In this document: piece by piece, positions 25,000 through 37,581 of the stretch
Layout: every line of letters begins with the position of its first letter
Position numbering within the stretch: the stretch's first letter is position 1
Assembly: GCA_021613535.1 (NCBI GenBank)
Contig: CP075495.1
Span: 15,500,001 to 15,564,000 of the forward strand
Source of the DNA: Adineta vaga
Lineage: Eukaryota > Animalia > Rotifera
Direction: 5' to 3'
Length of the DNA: 64,000 nt
Position numbers and translations under genes: made by a program
The notes under the pieces: model-generated
The model's input: the letters and a program-made list of their open reading frames with translations, nothing else
What the model was told of the DNA's origin: nothing
Database searches by the model: none

Positions 25000-25230
25000 T
25001 CTTGAGAGTGTGGGTGGGTGTGGGTGTGGGTGAGGGTGTGGGTGGGTGTGGGTGTGGGTGAGGGTGTGGGTATCGTATTAATTCTACACCAACACCCACA
25101 TCCACCCTTAGATGATGGATATATACTTATAGACATATATATATACCTTACCCGTATTAAGTTAGGAATATAGGAATAGGGAGGATCAGGGTGTTAGTAT
25201 TACATCTATCTAACACCCATACCCTCAAGA
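25000..25230. mobile_element. MITE-like element with telomere-like (TGTGGG/TGAGGG) arms, flanked by TA
   Basis: TA|tcttgagagtgtgggtggg(tgtggg/tgaggg)n ... cacccataccctcaaga|TA. About 10 telomere-like units at 25007-25070. Confidence 0.75.
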
Positions 25231-25681
25231 TATGATGCTTTTGAGTGTCCATTTATATTATAACTATACTTAGACAGCTCATGAATTTTTTGTAATTTTC
25301 TTCTTGAATCACAAAACATGATGTGTTAATGATGGGAATATACCAACAAAATATGTGAGTAGATAATTAACTACACTACATTCTTGAATAAATTTGACTT
25401 GATTCTGTGTAATTTGTTGTTGTGTATGACATGACGTATAGCATTCCTTCCCATGCGTCATATATCGTCATTGGAACGCTTGCGTCATGGTACGAGATTA
25501 TGCTATAGAAATATCCCACTGTTGTATCCACATATACATAGATAGCTTTTAGTGTTGTTTTACAATCAAAAGCTAAACTCACTATAGTGTTTCTCATTCA
25601 TCCACGATTATAATAATACCGATATTCCCTTTTATCACTAAATATTGTTTTCCAAAAACAAGTAACTGTACAACATTTATA

Positions 25682-26359
25682 TCTATATATATAAAGAAGA
25701 AAGTTTGTTTGTCTGTTTGTTCGCTATGCATTCAGTCCCTGTAAAAGCTAATGTCACCAAACTTTCCACAATGCTTCTTTTGGTCCACAGGAAGGCCGAC
25801 ATGAGGTTAGAATAGTCATCGGAGGGTGTGTGTGTGTGTGGGGGGGGGGGTGTCTGCATCCAAGATGCACAATTGTAATGCCTGGGTTGGGTTCTCAAAA
25901 AAAATGAATCTGGAGTGAAATGACTACTCTACTTGTATGGCGTCGAAGTGAAGTTTATAAATTATAGAATGACTTGCAGCGAGCGGTTGAGGATAGGTAG
26001 ATCTACCGAGGGACTGGAGTTGCAGCGGGATGGTGGGAGTGAATTTTGAAAGGAACAGAGCTGTATGTCGTATGCATAGCGAGACAAGACCAGTAGTAAA
26101 GAATTAATGAAGAGATGCGAAAAGGCATATAAGAGGGGCCTCAGTACGGAAGAGAAAGACGTGTGAAAGACAGGTAACTTGCGCTGAGTGGTAACCTGAA
26201 GGGTTACAGTAGCTAAGGCAGGGCAGGAAAGAAGGGTTGAGGGTTCTTTGATACACGACGGGTGAATAACAACGGAGAGGTCTGGTGGTTGATGAGAAAA
26301 GCACTGTTGTAGATGAAAAACGTGAATTGTGTTCTCTTTGCAGTGGGTATCTCCGCTTG
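25682..26359 (+). mobile_element. Non-autonomous Helitron-like element, copy 1
   Basis: Starts A|TCTATATATATAAAG followed by a gtttgtttgtctgtttg microsatellite. Ends gggtatctccgCTTG|T, with an alternative CTAG|T at 26410-26413. Its 3' ~490 bp are similar to 28371-28893. Confidence 0.6.
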
Positions 26360-27918
26360 TATTCAATAAAAGTTCAATCAGAAAAGGAAATCTTTGAAGG
26401 TAGATATCGCTAGTCTCTTCTTTTCATACCCACGCCTACACCCTCGAGTCTGAGTCTCACTCTCATTCAGTTAACTGAGACTGTTGCATCTCTATGCGAT
26501 CGTATATTTAAGATGTTTTTATATGATTTGCTTATTCCTGTACGTTTTTTTATTGATTCCAATGGTGTTCTAATTAGACAGATTTTACTGTATTTGATTT
26601 TTCTTGAACCTGATACTGGTTCGATTCTACCTATGTGTTCATTTATTGAATTATCACCTCTAGAATGATCAATAGTTTCTATTTTAAAATTACTAAAATT
26701 TTAATGGTGTTACGAATAAATAACGTCCGGCTAATTGTCATATCATATTATATCTATAAAAATCTGTATAATGATGTTCGTTTTGCAGTGGGTCGTCATC
26801 GTTCCTCTGGACCGTCAATCCAGACTGCTCGAATAACGGAATCCCATATATGATCGCATATAGTTGTACATATCCATCTTGTTAACTACACGTCAACTAG
26901 TTAAAGACAGATCACAATTGCGTAACAGCTTAGTGTATCCCAATAGTACGCGTTGAGAATGGATAAGTCCGTATCAGTTTACAACTTCATTCAATCGCAT
27001 TCAATTATTACTACCTGAGACGGTAAGTATGGCGAATAGAAAGATTGAAGATGGAAGCGCGTATCTAGCTCGTACTGAAGAGTATAGCAATATTTTTATG
27101 TTGTGCAGCCTTTAATTTTCGACCTTTGATCCTTTACATTGACCTCACTCATCATAGTACCCTCACCCTAATCTCGATTTCCAATGTTTAAGACAGTTTC
27201 GAAGAAAATCGTTTTTTGATCTTCGACCTTTGACTCTGGCGCAAAAACAAACTTTTTTTTCATATGGTCTTCATTTCATTCGAAGGAATATATATTTCCT
27301 ATTTCATGTAAATTAGAAACAAGTAACGCTCATCGTGCCGACTCACTTTACCCTCGATTGTCGAAGACAGGTATTTTGTGCGTGTGCCAATAGTGGGACG
27401 AATTCATCTAACAAGTTTAAGTACGAGTGTGTAGGTGTGGGTGAAGAGAAGAGTATCACCCAGCCACACCCAACCTCAAAAACAATAAATTTGTTTGTTT
27501 TCTATTATTTTATATCGATATTAAAAATTGATGTATTTTGATGATAATTGTTTTCAAACGGAAATTATTCTATAGAGTAATGCAGGAAACCAAGCTCATT
27601 TTCAGTTTATTATCTTCGTATCATAATTGTCTTTCTTTCTGTCTCAACAAATTTTGAAATGCTTTATCAATTTTTTGATGCTGAAAAAAATTCAACTCTT
27701 TCACCAGCACTATCTGCCTAGCTCGATATTCTCACTAAAATGAATTTTTCTCTCTCTCTTATTCTACGGACAGAAACATTTTTTTATATATAAAAAAAAA
27801 GAATATTATCACATTCATATTTTTTCACTCAGTATCCGTGTCAGTCGTCGATACTTTACTTCATAGGAAACTTCTTATTGTTCTTGGGCAAAGATATCAG
27901 TTTAGATATCAGGCAGAA

Positions 27919-28370
27919 ATGATATTTTGGATATTGTTAATGTTGATGGCACTAAGCGATGTTCATTCAGGTGAGTTTTTCAAAATCGATTATCATAAAT
28001 AATTCTATTCATTATCGTATGATAATACATGAGTCGATATATGTTTAGTACTAGTGAACATATGATCTTCTGAAAATTGGACTCGAGATGGTACAACCGT
28101 TGCGGACAAGCTACGGGCACGAGTGGATCAGCAGTTGGTTATCTTAATAAAAATGAAGGTATATTTATTGCAGATGATGATACACTCTATATTGGTGATG
28201 CTGGCAATAATCGAATCGTCAAAATACAATTAAATGAAAGCAATAATATACGTACTATCGGCTCTGGAAGTGGTTTAAATACTTCTCAATTTAATTATCC
28301 AAGTAGTGTTTTCGTCACTGTTTCATCACTTTATGTTGCGGACGCAAGCAACTACCGAATACAAAAATGG
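27919..28370 (+). pseudogene. Secreted NHL-repeat protein, frameshifted and truncated by a Helitron-like insertion
   Basis: Signal-peptide exon (MIFWILLMLMALSDVHS|gtgagt), NWTRDGTTVA then a frameshift, LYIGDAGNNRIVK, FNYPSSVFV..LYVADASNYRIQKW. Confidence 0.75.
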
Positions 28371-28893
28371 ACAACTGCAATGCCTGGGTTGCGTTCTAAA
28401 AAAACTGAATCTGAAGTGAAATGACTACTCTACCTGTATGGAGTCGAAGTGAAGGTTATAAACTAGAGAATGACTCGCAGCGAGCGTCTGAGAATAGGCA
28501 GATCTATCGAGGGATGGGAATTGCAGCGGGAAAGTAGAAGTGGATTTAAAAGAAACAGAGCTGTATGTCATATGCATAGGGGGACAAGACCAGTAGAAAA
28601 GAACTAATGAAGAGATGCGAAAAGTTCTGAAAAAAAGACCTGATGCATGACGCGAAAAGAGATATAGAAGGAGCCTCAGTACGAAGGAGAAAGACGTGTG
28701 GAAGACAGGTAACGCGCGCTGATTGACGACCTAAAGGATTACACTAGCTAAGGCAGGGCAGGAAAGGAGGGTGTGAGGATTTTTTGATACATGACGGGTA
28801 AATCTAACGGAGAGGTCCGGCGGTGACGAGAAAATCACTGTTGCAGATGAAAAACGTAAATTCTATCCTCTTTGCAGCAGGTATCTCCGCTAG
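28371..28893 (+). mobile_element. Non-autonomous Helitron-like element, copy 2 (5'-truncated)
   Basis: Diverged copy of ~25870-26359 ending ggtatctccgCTAG|T. Confidence 0.65.
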
Positions 28894-29050
28894 TTATATA
28901 ATAAAATCATAATGCGCTCTTATTAGAACGCGATACTCTGTATTCAGTACATAAAACAAAATGTACTTATATAACTCACCGATAAATAGTATATATTTTT
29001 TTCACAGTTATATCTAATAAATGCATTATATATTTTAGATAAAAACAACT

Positions 29051-31745
29051 ATGCGCTACTCATATGCTGTTTATATGTGCACCTTCCTAGCAATAGTAAA
29101 TAGTGCATCAGCAGCACAAATATTGAAATCACAAAACTTTGGTTCAGTTCTACCGAGTCAAGTTCCTTTCAATATCGATTTTACAAATACTAAAAATGCA
29201 AAACTTCAATCAATAAGTGTTTATTATGATATATATGTTCATGGTTTGGAATTCACATATACAGATAAAACTGTAAATTCTGTTGGATACAAATTAGGAA
29301 CTAAAAGTACAGTTAGCTTAGTAAACAAAGAGATAAGAATTTTTAGAGTAAAATCCGGTGCTTGGATCGATGCAATACAATTTTGTTTTTCAGCAACTGA
29401 TTGTACACAACATTTTGGTGGTACCGGAGGTGGTGAAATCGTTGAATTCAATTTAAATAATTTAATAAACCAAAATTATAAAATTGTTGCATTGAGTGGA
29501 GCGTATATTGAGAAATATACTGCAGATTGGACTGTTAATACTTTAAATATATTAAGTGTGTCGTACCAGTTGATCGATTCAACATCAAAATATTGCACAA
29601 TTTCTTTGACAAATATGAAAGACAATGAAATATTCAATCACAAAACTGTAATATTTAATGGCGAGATCATTACTAATGATTTGCAGAACACAATACACAA
29701 CATCCATGTGAATAATGCAAACTCAGTCAATTATGCAAACAAAATCGATACTCAATGGCCTGTCAACATCTTTAATCAATTTAAAGGTTTAATAAAGCTT
29801 GAAAAGGGAAATAACAAAATCACCATCACCTACGATGTACTACATTTTTATATTTTTCTTTTTTAGTATATTCATTATTTTTCTTTTTTTCAAGGTAACT
29901 TTAAACCAAGGAGCAAAATGTAGTTTGGCAATAAATTTAGTCTACGAAGAAGACTTGACAGTTGAACCTGTACACTTGGTTATGGTTGTTGCAAAGGACA
30001 GTAAATTAGTCTATGATACTGAACCAGGTGAAGTAAATAACTTAGAATCAGCTAAATGGAAGTATCGAACATTGGCATGGCTTTGGCAAGCGTTTACAGA
30101 TGATCAAATTTATAAGAGAAATAGTAATTCTGGCCATCGTTGCTTTAGATTGGACGAAACTGAACTTATAAACGGAGAATATTGTAAGCAATCTAATAGT
30201 CTCTATTCAGAAATGGTTGTAAAATATAAATTTATTTTCTTTTAGATCCAAAAATCCATGTATTACAAACCGATATGACTACAGCACAAATTCAAGCCAC
30301 GGGATCAGATTTATTTGGGATGTGTAAAAAAGTGGTCCAAAACAATCCAACAAAGTTTATTAAACCACAGAATTTACCATTACAGTTTACATGCTTGCTC
30401 CTTGATTCACATTACATACCAAATGAAGACAGAGTTGCTGGTCACAGTGCTTTAGGCTCGGGTTGGAATAATGATTATAATTTGGGTATATTTGGATCAC
30501 ACTTGCTTTACTCTCATCCGCAAAATTTAACAGAAATGAAGAATAAATTCAATGATATACGTCCCGTCAACAAAAAATATACTTCAAACGACGGAGGTGA
30601 TTATAGAGCAAGAGTATGCAATGTAGGAATTGGAGCATTTTTACACGAACTTGGTCATTCATTTAGTTTATGTAAGTAGAATAATTTTACTTTTATTTAT
30701 TACATAAGATTAACATAATCTTTGTTAGATCATAATTATGGTGTTATGCTCAGAGGATTTGACAATTTTAATCGTGCCTTTTATTCAGTTGAACTATCGA
30801 CAAGTAAAATAATCGTTTTTTTAAATATTTTTCTCGATTAATCGATTTACTATCATTGTAGATAATGTATGGACCTCTCTTAGAACAAATGTTGATGATA
30901 AATATGCAAGTTGGAGTCAAGTGGATGCAGAAATAATGTTACCACATCATTTATTTCGATTAAAAAATGATCCAATCATTGATATGGCGGATAAAAATAT
31001 ACAATTATTTACAACATCTTCAAATAGTTTTCTTCTTTATGCAAATGTAGGCATTAGGATGCTTGCATTTTTCAGCAACGATGACGCTAAATATCCACAT
31101 TATTTGACGTATGAACCAGCATTAAAAAAGGTTGATTTTGACATGAGTACAAGTACAGAGTTAATGAACTACAAGATCAATAACAAGGAGATAAATTTGA
31201 TAGTGATTCTCAAAAATGGTAGAATGGTAGAATTACAAAAAATATTTCGTGAAGTAACTAATGGACTTATTGCAGCTGATGTATTTAAAACTCAAAGATT
31301 CGGTCCAGTCTATGACAATCAAGTTGAGTTCAATGTTGATTTCACCATAAATGATAACGCTAGACTTCGAACAATAGATGTTTATTATGATAATTACGTT
31401 CATGGTTTGGAATTTACCTATACAGACAATACTGTTCGCTTTTTTGGATATAAAATTGGGAATAAAGGTTCATTCAGTTTGGTCAATAAGGAACTAAGAG
31501 TTTTAAGAGTACAGTCTGGCGCTTGGATTGATGCATTACAATTCTGCTTTTCAGCAACTGACTGTACACAACAGTTTGGTGGTACGATCAGCGGTCAATG
31601 GTCAGGTGAATTCAATTTAGATATTATAGGCAGCTCACAGTTTTATAAGGTATCGGGATTAAATGGAGCATTCATTGAGAAATATAATCCAAATTGGACT
31701 GTTAATACAATGAGTTCAATTATAGTATTATACAAGAAAGTCTGA
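29051..31745 (+). CDS. Secreted jacalin-like lectin - zinc metallopeptidase (fungal YIL108W/Metallopep-like) - jacalin-like lectin, 5 exons, ~819 aa
   Basis: Exons 29051-29836, 29895-30183, 30246-30671, 30729-30803, 30862-31745 (2460 nt, in frame). Signal peptide; two related domains with VHGLEFTYTD and RVxSGAWIDAxQF; GHSALG, LGIFGSHLLYSHP and GAFLHELGHSFSLYH zinc motif. Confidence 0.88.
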
Positions 31746-32452
31746 AAAAAATTCATTAAGATTTTTAAAATAATATAAAATATAGTTTAATTTCTTGTAA
31801 CTTATATTGTCAACATTAAATTCTACTATTTTTTGTATATTATTTTACTAATAAAGGTTTTATTAAATAGATAAAACTAACTATTAAAAAGAATATACTT
31901 TAGGGTGTGGGTGTGTTTAATTATCGTTATCATGATTTCGTCCCTGCTAGAGGACTCTTCAGACGGCTTTAAGTAGCAGTACTTATTCAAATGATCGAGA
32001 TGATCATAAATAGAATGTCCATGTGGACGATGATTTAGAGAAAATTTTTCTGGATAATTGGAGGATATCTGTAATATATAGTGATATGAAAAGTGTGGCA
32101 TGTGCGTTCTTTCTAACTTAATTATAGGAGTGTTCTGATTATGTAGGAGTTTCTAACTAATTGAACTTTTCAAAACGATTTAAAGATTTATTATTCTGAG
32201 CTTGTTTACAGTGTAGTAGTACGTCGTTGCGAAAGGTTTGTTGCGTTCTGCGCACTCTCATGCGGCATGAATGTTGTTATCTTGTATTTGGTTTTAAAGT
32301 GTCGTTTTTCCCCCGAAAATGAGACCTACTCGATTTGCGAATATATTTTTGGAGAGAACCAACATTAAAAAGCTGAAGAAAAAGACTGAATCGTTATCTT
32401 TTCATTTTCTTTTCGTGCAAACTTCAGTTTGACAAAAACGCTAGTTATTTCC

Positions 32453-33517
32453 ATGACAGCTGTACCGCAAAGCGAGCTTTACTTAGCATGCAGAAACGGC
32501 GATATTGGAAAAGCTAATCAACTGATCAAAATGTTGCCTATCACGAATATAAACCAGCTTGATCCGAATGGTAGTACTGCATTGCATGCGGCATCGTATT
32601 ACGGGCATACAGAAATTGTAAGGTTGTTATTATAACGTGGCATACACCGTGTTCAGAGAAATAAATTTGGTTTGACAGCATATGATGAAGCACGAGACGA
32701 TGAAATTCGATAGTTGCTCAAACGCGATGTACGCTCTCAACGGTTTGGGGGAACTATTGATATAAAAGACAAACCTGATTGGGTCGTTAATGACTCACGT
32801 CAGGCATCCCTCTGGGTACTACCACCATTATGGGGTACATCCGGCAGGCATATTGAAAAGGGATTTATTCCATGGCTAAAAAAAACATTAGTCAGTGATA
32901 TTGATAAGGAAATAATGCATGAGTATATTGAATAGTTGATGAAACATGAACTGAATTTAGATGTATTTATTCAAATGTACACAGAAGAAACGATTCTCTA
33001 CAAAAAAATGAATTACATGCTGGCAAACTATGCTTCAAAAGATGTATCGAACGAGCACGGTGGGGATTCCTGGAGTGTATTAGTGGGTATAGATGGAATG
33101 TCGCCTTCATCGAGCTGCTGTCCAAATGAATTACCTAAGAAACTTTATCGGAAAGCTGAATTAAGCGTAGAAGACTTGCAAAAGTAGCTAGTTGGTCGAG
33201 AGATTAGCTCTCCTGCTGTTGCATCGACAACCAAAAATAGAGCTGTAGTAAATAACTTTTGCGGCAATGTAGTTTTTATTATTGAGCTGACGAAAGAGTG
33301 TACTATTATCAATGGTGAAGTGGAACACGACTATTCACAGCATTATAACTGTCGAGATATATCGCTTATTTCTGCATTTCCGAATGAAGAGGAGGTTCTC
33401 TGGTGGCCCTGGTCGACGTTCAAAGTTATTCAAGTACGTCGGTTTCCGACTGATCCTATCGAAATTGTTCTTCAAGCAATTTCAACAAATTTATACTATG
33501 AATTACTAGACTGGTGA
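32453..33517 (+). pseudogene. Ankyrin + ADP-ribosyltransferase-like gene interrupted by four in-frame stops
   Basis: LYLACRNGD, NGSTALHAASYYGH, YTEET..YKKMN, LYRKA, ASTTKNRAV and SAFPNEEEVL all lie in one frame, with TAA 32633, TAG 32711, TAG 32933 and TAG 33185. Confidence 0.85.
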
Positions 33518-33939
33518 AAGCAACAAATTTTATTTTTTGAGAATGAATCTAGGTCTCGCATTGAGGGTATAACATTTGTCTGTTTCTTTTTTGAACCAGT
33601 TTGGTCATTAATCCTAATTTTAAGAAGATTTGTTCTGAAAAGACATCACTTTTCGTTGAAAAAAAAATGCATCTACGCGGCCTCGTTGAGACAAGAATAT
33701 AATACTTATATATGTTTTTCAGCGTCCTTATGTCTTCACCTAGAATCTTAGGGTTTTTGGGATGAGGGTGTGGACACACGGTCACCACATCCTCCGCGTA
33801 CATTTGGAGTCCATTGAGTCCTGTAGTCTATTAATTGAAAATACTTTCAGTTCCTTCTCAAAACATTAATTAAAGGCAATGTAGTTTTTTTCCTTGTCTG
33901 TATTAGATAATAAAAAACAAAACGAAACCGAATAATTGA

Positions 33940-34974
33940 TTACTTTTCCAAAGTGCATTCATCCAATTCAATATAACTAATATCATTGATATTAATTCTA
34001 ATATTAATAATTTTAAAAACTGAAAATGGAATAATAAGAATTTCTTTTTCATTTGGATATGTTGATATTGTATGTAGATCAATAGTTGTATTTGGATTTC
34101 GTATATGATAAATACAAATAACACGATATTTAATAGAATTAAGAAAACTTTGTGCAATTGTTTGATCAGTAGATGAAGATAAAAATGTTCGTATAAGAAT
34201 AGATTTATCTTTTTGATATTCATCAAGATTATCTTTTGTCATATTAACTCCACGATAAGTTAAACCAATAAAATGACGATAAGTTTGTAATTTCGTATGA
34301 TAACTTAAAATTGATGTAAAAATATATTCACCAGAATCTTTTGGTGGTTCATTATCTTTATAATTTCTATTAAACATTGAATAAGTTATATTAAAACGAA
34401 AATCTGATCCTCCTTTCGCTAAATCTTCATTTAATTTCTTAACAAAAAATGTTTTTTCTGTATAAGCACGAACTAATGGTATTGGATTATTTGTTTCTAA
34501 TGCTTCTTTCATATAATTAATAATTAAAGATTTTTCATTAATATTTAAATGAATCTTTTCAATATAACCATTTAATATTTCTTCAATTAATTTTTTAAAA
34601 GATATTTTAGTTAGCCATTGTTTTAAATGATTTTGACATTCATAAGATATTCGATAAGCATGTTTATAAGTATCAAACCATTCAAAAGATTCATTTAATA
34701 TTAATTTATCATCAAATAAATATTTCAATTCATCAGATGCTTCATCTTTTGCTAATGAACCCCATTGATTTAGAATATTACGATCAATATTTTCATGTTC
34801 TAATAAAATCTTTAATAGTTCTTCATTTCCATTAAATGCAGCGATATGTAATGCTGTTCGATTATTAATATCTTGTTGATTAATTTCATCAATACTCAAT
34901 GTAGATAATAATTGTCGAACTTGATCAATATTATTAGTTTTACAAGCTTCATGTAAAGAATTCATTGTTGACAT
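33940..34974 (-). CDS. Ankyrin-repeat + R-S-E-type mono-ADP-ribosyltransferase
   Basis: LHEACK and TALHIAAFNGN ankyrins; AYTEKTFFVKKLN; catalytic TYRG, FLSSS and YPNEKEIL motifs; intact and intronless. Confidence 0.88.
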   Translation of the reverse strand: MSTMNSLHEACKTNNIDQVRQLLSTLSIDEINQQDINNRTALHIAAFNGNEELLKILLEHENIDRNILNQWGSLAKDEASDELKYLFDDKLILNESFEWFDTYKHAYRISYECQNHLKQWLTKISFKKLIEEILNGYIEKIHLNINEKSLIINYMKEALETNNPIPLVRAYTEKTFFVKKLNEDLAKGGSDFRFNITYSMFNRNYKDNEPPKDSGEYIFTSILSYHTKLQTYRHFIGLTYRGVNMTKDNLDEYQKDKSILIRTFLSSSTDQTIAQSFLNSIKYRVICIYHIRNPNTTIDLHTISTYPNEKEILIIPFSVFKIINIRININDISYIELDECTLEK

Positions 34975-35869
34975 CGTTCCATTGATTAGTTTCATTAGGC
35001 AACATAGTTTTATATTCTTGTTACTTAGAAAAATCAAAGTAATATTTATCAACTATATGTTTCTTTCCTAGACTATAAAAAAAAGAACAACGTTTTCCCA
35101 GTATGGGATATTTGGAAAATTCCATATAAATATGGCGATTAATCCATAAATACAAGTTGAAAGAAACCCTTTTTATTTTTCATTCTATTATCAAAGAATA
35201 CATTCTCTTTTGCTCACCTTTATTCTGTGTGTAGAACGAAAAAGAAAAAAACCATATTTACGTTTTTTTTCTACAAAGGTTTTTTCCTTTTCAACAGATA
35301 ATTTCCCATCCTTAAATTTATTCTGAATATATTGTGGATTATATCATTGAATACCATTTGTGCTAACAATAGAACGAAATTAAGTGAAGTGAATATATCG
35401 AGAATCATACGGAGTTTGCTGATAGACTTAGGAGATCAAAGAAAGCATAAGGATAACTTCTTTTGTGTTCTTCACTGATTCTACAGTATAGCTTTAGTTC
35501 ATTTTTCTGCAATATTCTTTTTAAGATGTTCTTTGTTTCTCATTGTTCTTCTTCCATTCATTTTGATTACCTTCCTTCTAGCAGTTATATATTATACTTT
35601 AGATGTTCAAAGAAACGGTATGGATGTGAATAAGCGAATATTGTTGCACCGATCATCAGGTACACATATTTGATCTATAATCAGATGTCATTAAATCAGC
35701 AAGACTGTTACCGTAGCACCTCGTATTTTTTTAGTATGGCTGTCCTGTAGATTGCTTTTAATGGTATAGAAGTACTTGGTAGTAGATTTCTCTGAAACAC
35801 TTCTCGAGATGATACAATTTTTACACATTCACTTCCTACACCGTATGATGTTATTATTCGTGCATTAAC

Positions 35870-36953
35870 AATCTTATTTAATTAGCATCAACATCTGGTT
35901 GGGAAATTTCATTTGGATCAAATGTAACGAACGTTATGTTAAATCAGACACCTTCGGAAGAAAAACGTGGCGTAGTAGTTTCAGTTCTTGGCTGAAAATA
36001 TAATTTTCATTGATACTACTGGTACTGATACTCCCATGCCAAAAAATAAACTTGACGATAAAGAAAGCAACTGAAGCTCTTTTAAGAGAAATAGCACTTG
36101 AATTATGTTCATATATTATCATTGTAGTTAATCGTTTACGTGCTACAGATCAATCATATATTCAACAAGTTTTAACACATTCTGAACGTTTAAAATCAAA
36201 TAAAAATATCATTATTATTCATAACTGAATGGATGTCGAAACAACTTACGATGTTGAAGAAATAATTGAAAAAGAAGTTAAATATTTTTTTGATGCTGTA
36301 CCTATAATACAATTAAACTTCAAATTAATCAAAACTCTGGAAATGTTGATTTTTTTCGTTCAAAAAATAATGATATGAATCTTCGTCATTTTATTTTTGC
36401 AAAAAAATGGAATAGGCAATCAATAAATGGGATCATGAATATTTTACAAATAGCGACAGACTCAAGACGAAATCTTGATGTTATCAAAGAGATGATACAT
36501 TTTGTTAACACCAAACTTCCACAATTATTTGTTAATAATTATAATCAAGATAATATTTTAGACGAAAATAATCAACAGAAACTGCAGGTGCAAATGCATA
36601 CTAGAAAAATGAACATTGTGCTTTCTCATCGAAGAGAATTGGAAAAACTTGAAGAAGATCCTTGTCCATTAACTCTATCACCCAAACTTCTTTATGATGA
36701 TGCTGGTTATTTTATTCGTATTAGTTCAATGTATAATGGACAATGGCAACCACTTTATAGTTTATATGAAATTGATGATGTAATTCTAGCAATTATTGAA
36801 GGTCGTTGTGTTGATCTGAAAAATTCTTTAACAAATCCAAATATTCTTCAAGAGAAAATTCCTATTGGAGAATTTAAATTAGAAATACCTTTAAAAGTAC
36901 CAGTAGATCCTTCTCAATCAGATATGCAACGTGATGAAGGTTTTATTAGATAA
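35870..36953 (+). pseudogene. Degenerate P-loop GTPase (G-domain) gene
   Basis: IFIDTTGTDTP (G3-like), ATEALLREIALELCSYIIIVVNRL and IIIIHN*, with several frameshifts and a stop; the Walker A region is decayed. Confidence 0.55.
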
Positions 36954-37515
36954 ATATGTCCTAAAAAGAAAGTTACTCCAAAAGCTTTTGAATAAAAATA
37001 ATCAATTTTTATTTATCTTTTTCTCTTTCAATTCTTCATTTGGGCAATGACAATGACCACAAGATCACCATCATCATTATTTTAAGTATTTTTGCATTAT
37101 TTTCATTTAGAAAAATTCCATCAAATAACTGGAATTAATCTATTACAAAAATTGCATTTTTTTTCCTTTTGCTCATCTTGTATCTGAAAACAAATTAATC
37201 AAATTATTGTTTTAATCGTCTTTTTTTTCTTCTGAAAATGGAAGATGATTCATCTCTTACGTTTTCTTTTTATTCATATATTCTTTTGATATTTGTACTT
37301 AAAAAAACTTATTACCAATGAAAAATAGAATATAGAAGTAGAAGTCAAGGTCATAATTAATTTTCTTGATTAATTCAGAAGGACGAAATATAATTTCATA
37401 TTGAATCGAGTTATGCGAGGTGGATACGGCTATTTGATCACAACAGCGAAAAATATCCTCCTACGATGTTTATTATATTTAAAGATAGTGCATTACTGTT
37501 CTTTAACGTACAGTT

Positions 37516-37526
37516 AGTATAAAAAC
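37516..37526 (+). promoter_or_regulatory. TATA box of cold-shock prepro gene copy 1
   Basis: gtataaaa ~60 nt upstream of the ATG, conserved at ~40091 in copy 2 along with an upstream gctatttgatcacaac block. Confidence 0.55.
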
Positions 37527-37581
37527 CAGCAAATTTTATCATTCAGTAAGCATATTAATACTTTCGTTAACCTACTAAAAT

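Noticed and set aside
25007-25070. True chromosome end or de novo telomere
   Set aside because: The tract is short, degenerate, internal and closed by an inverted arm at ~25213-25230.
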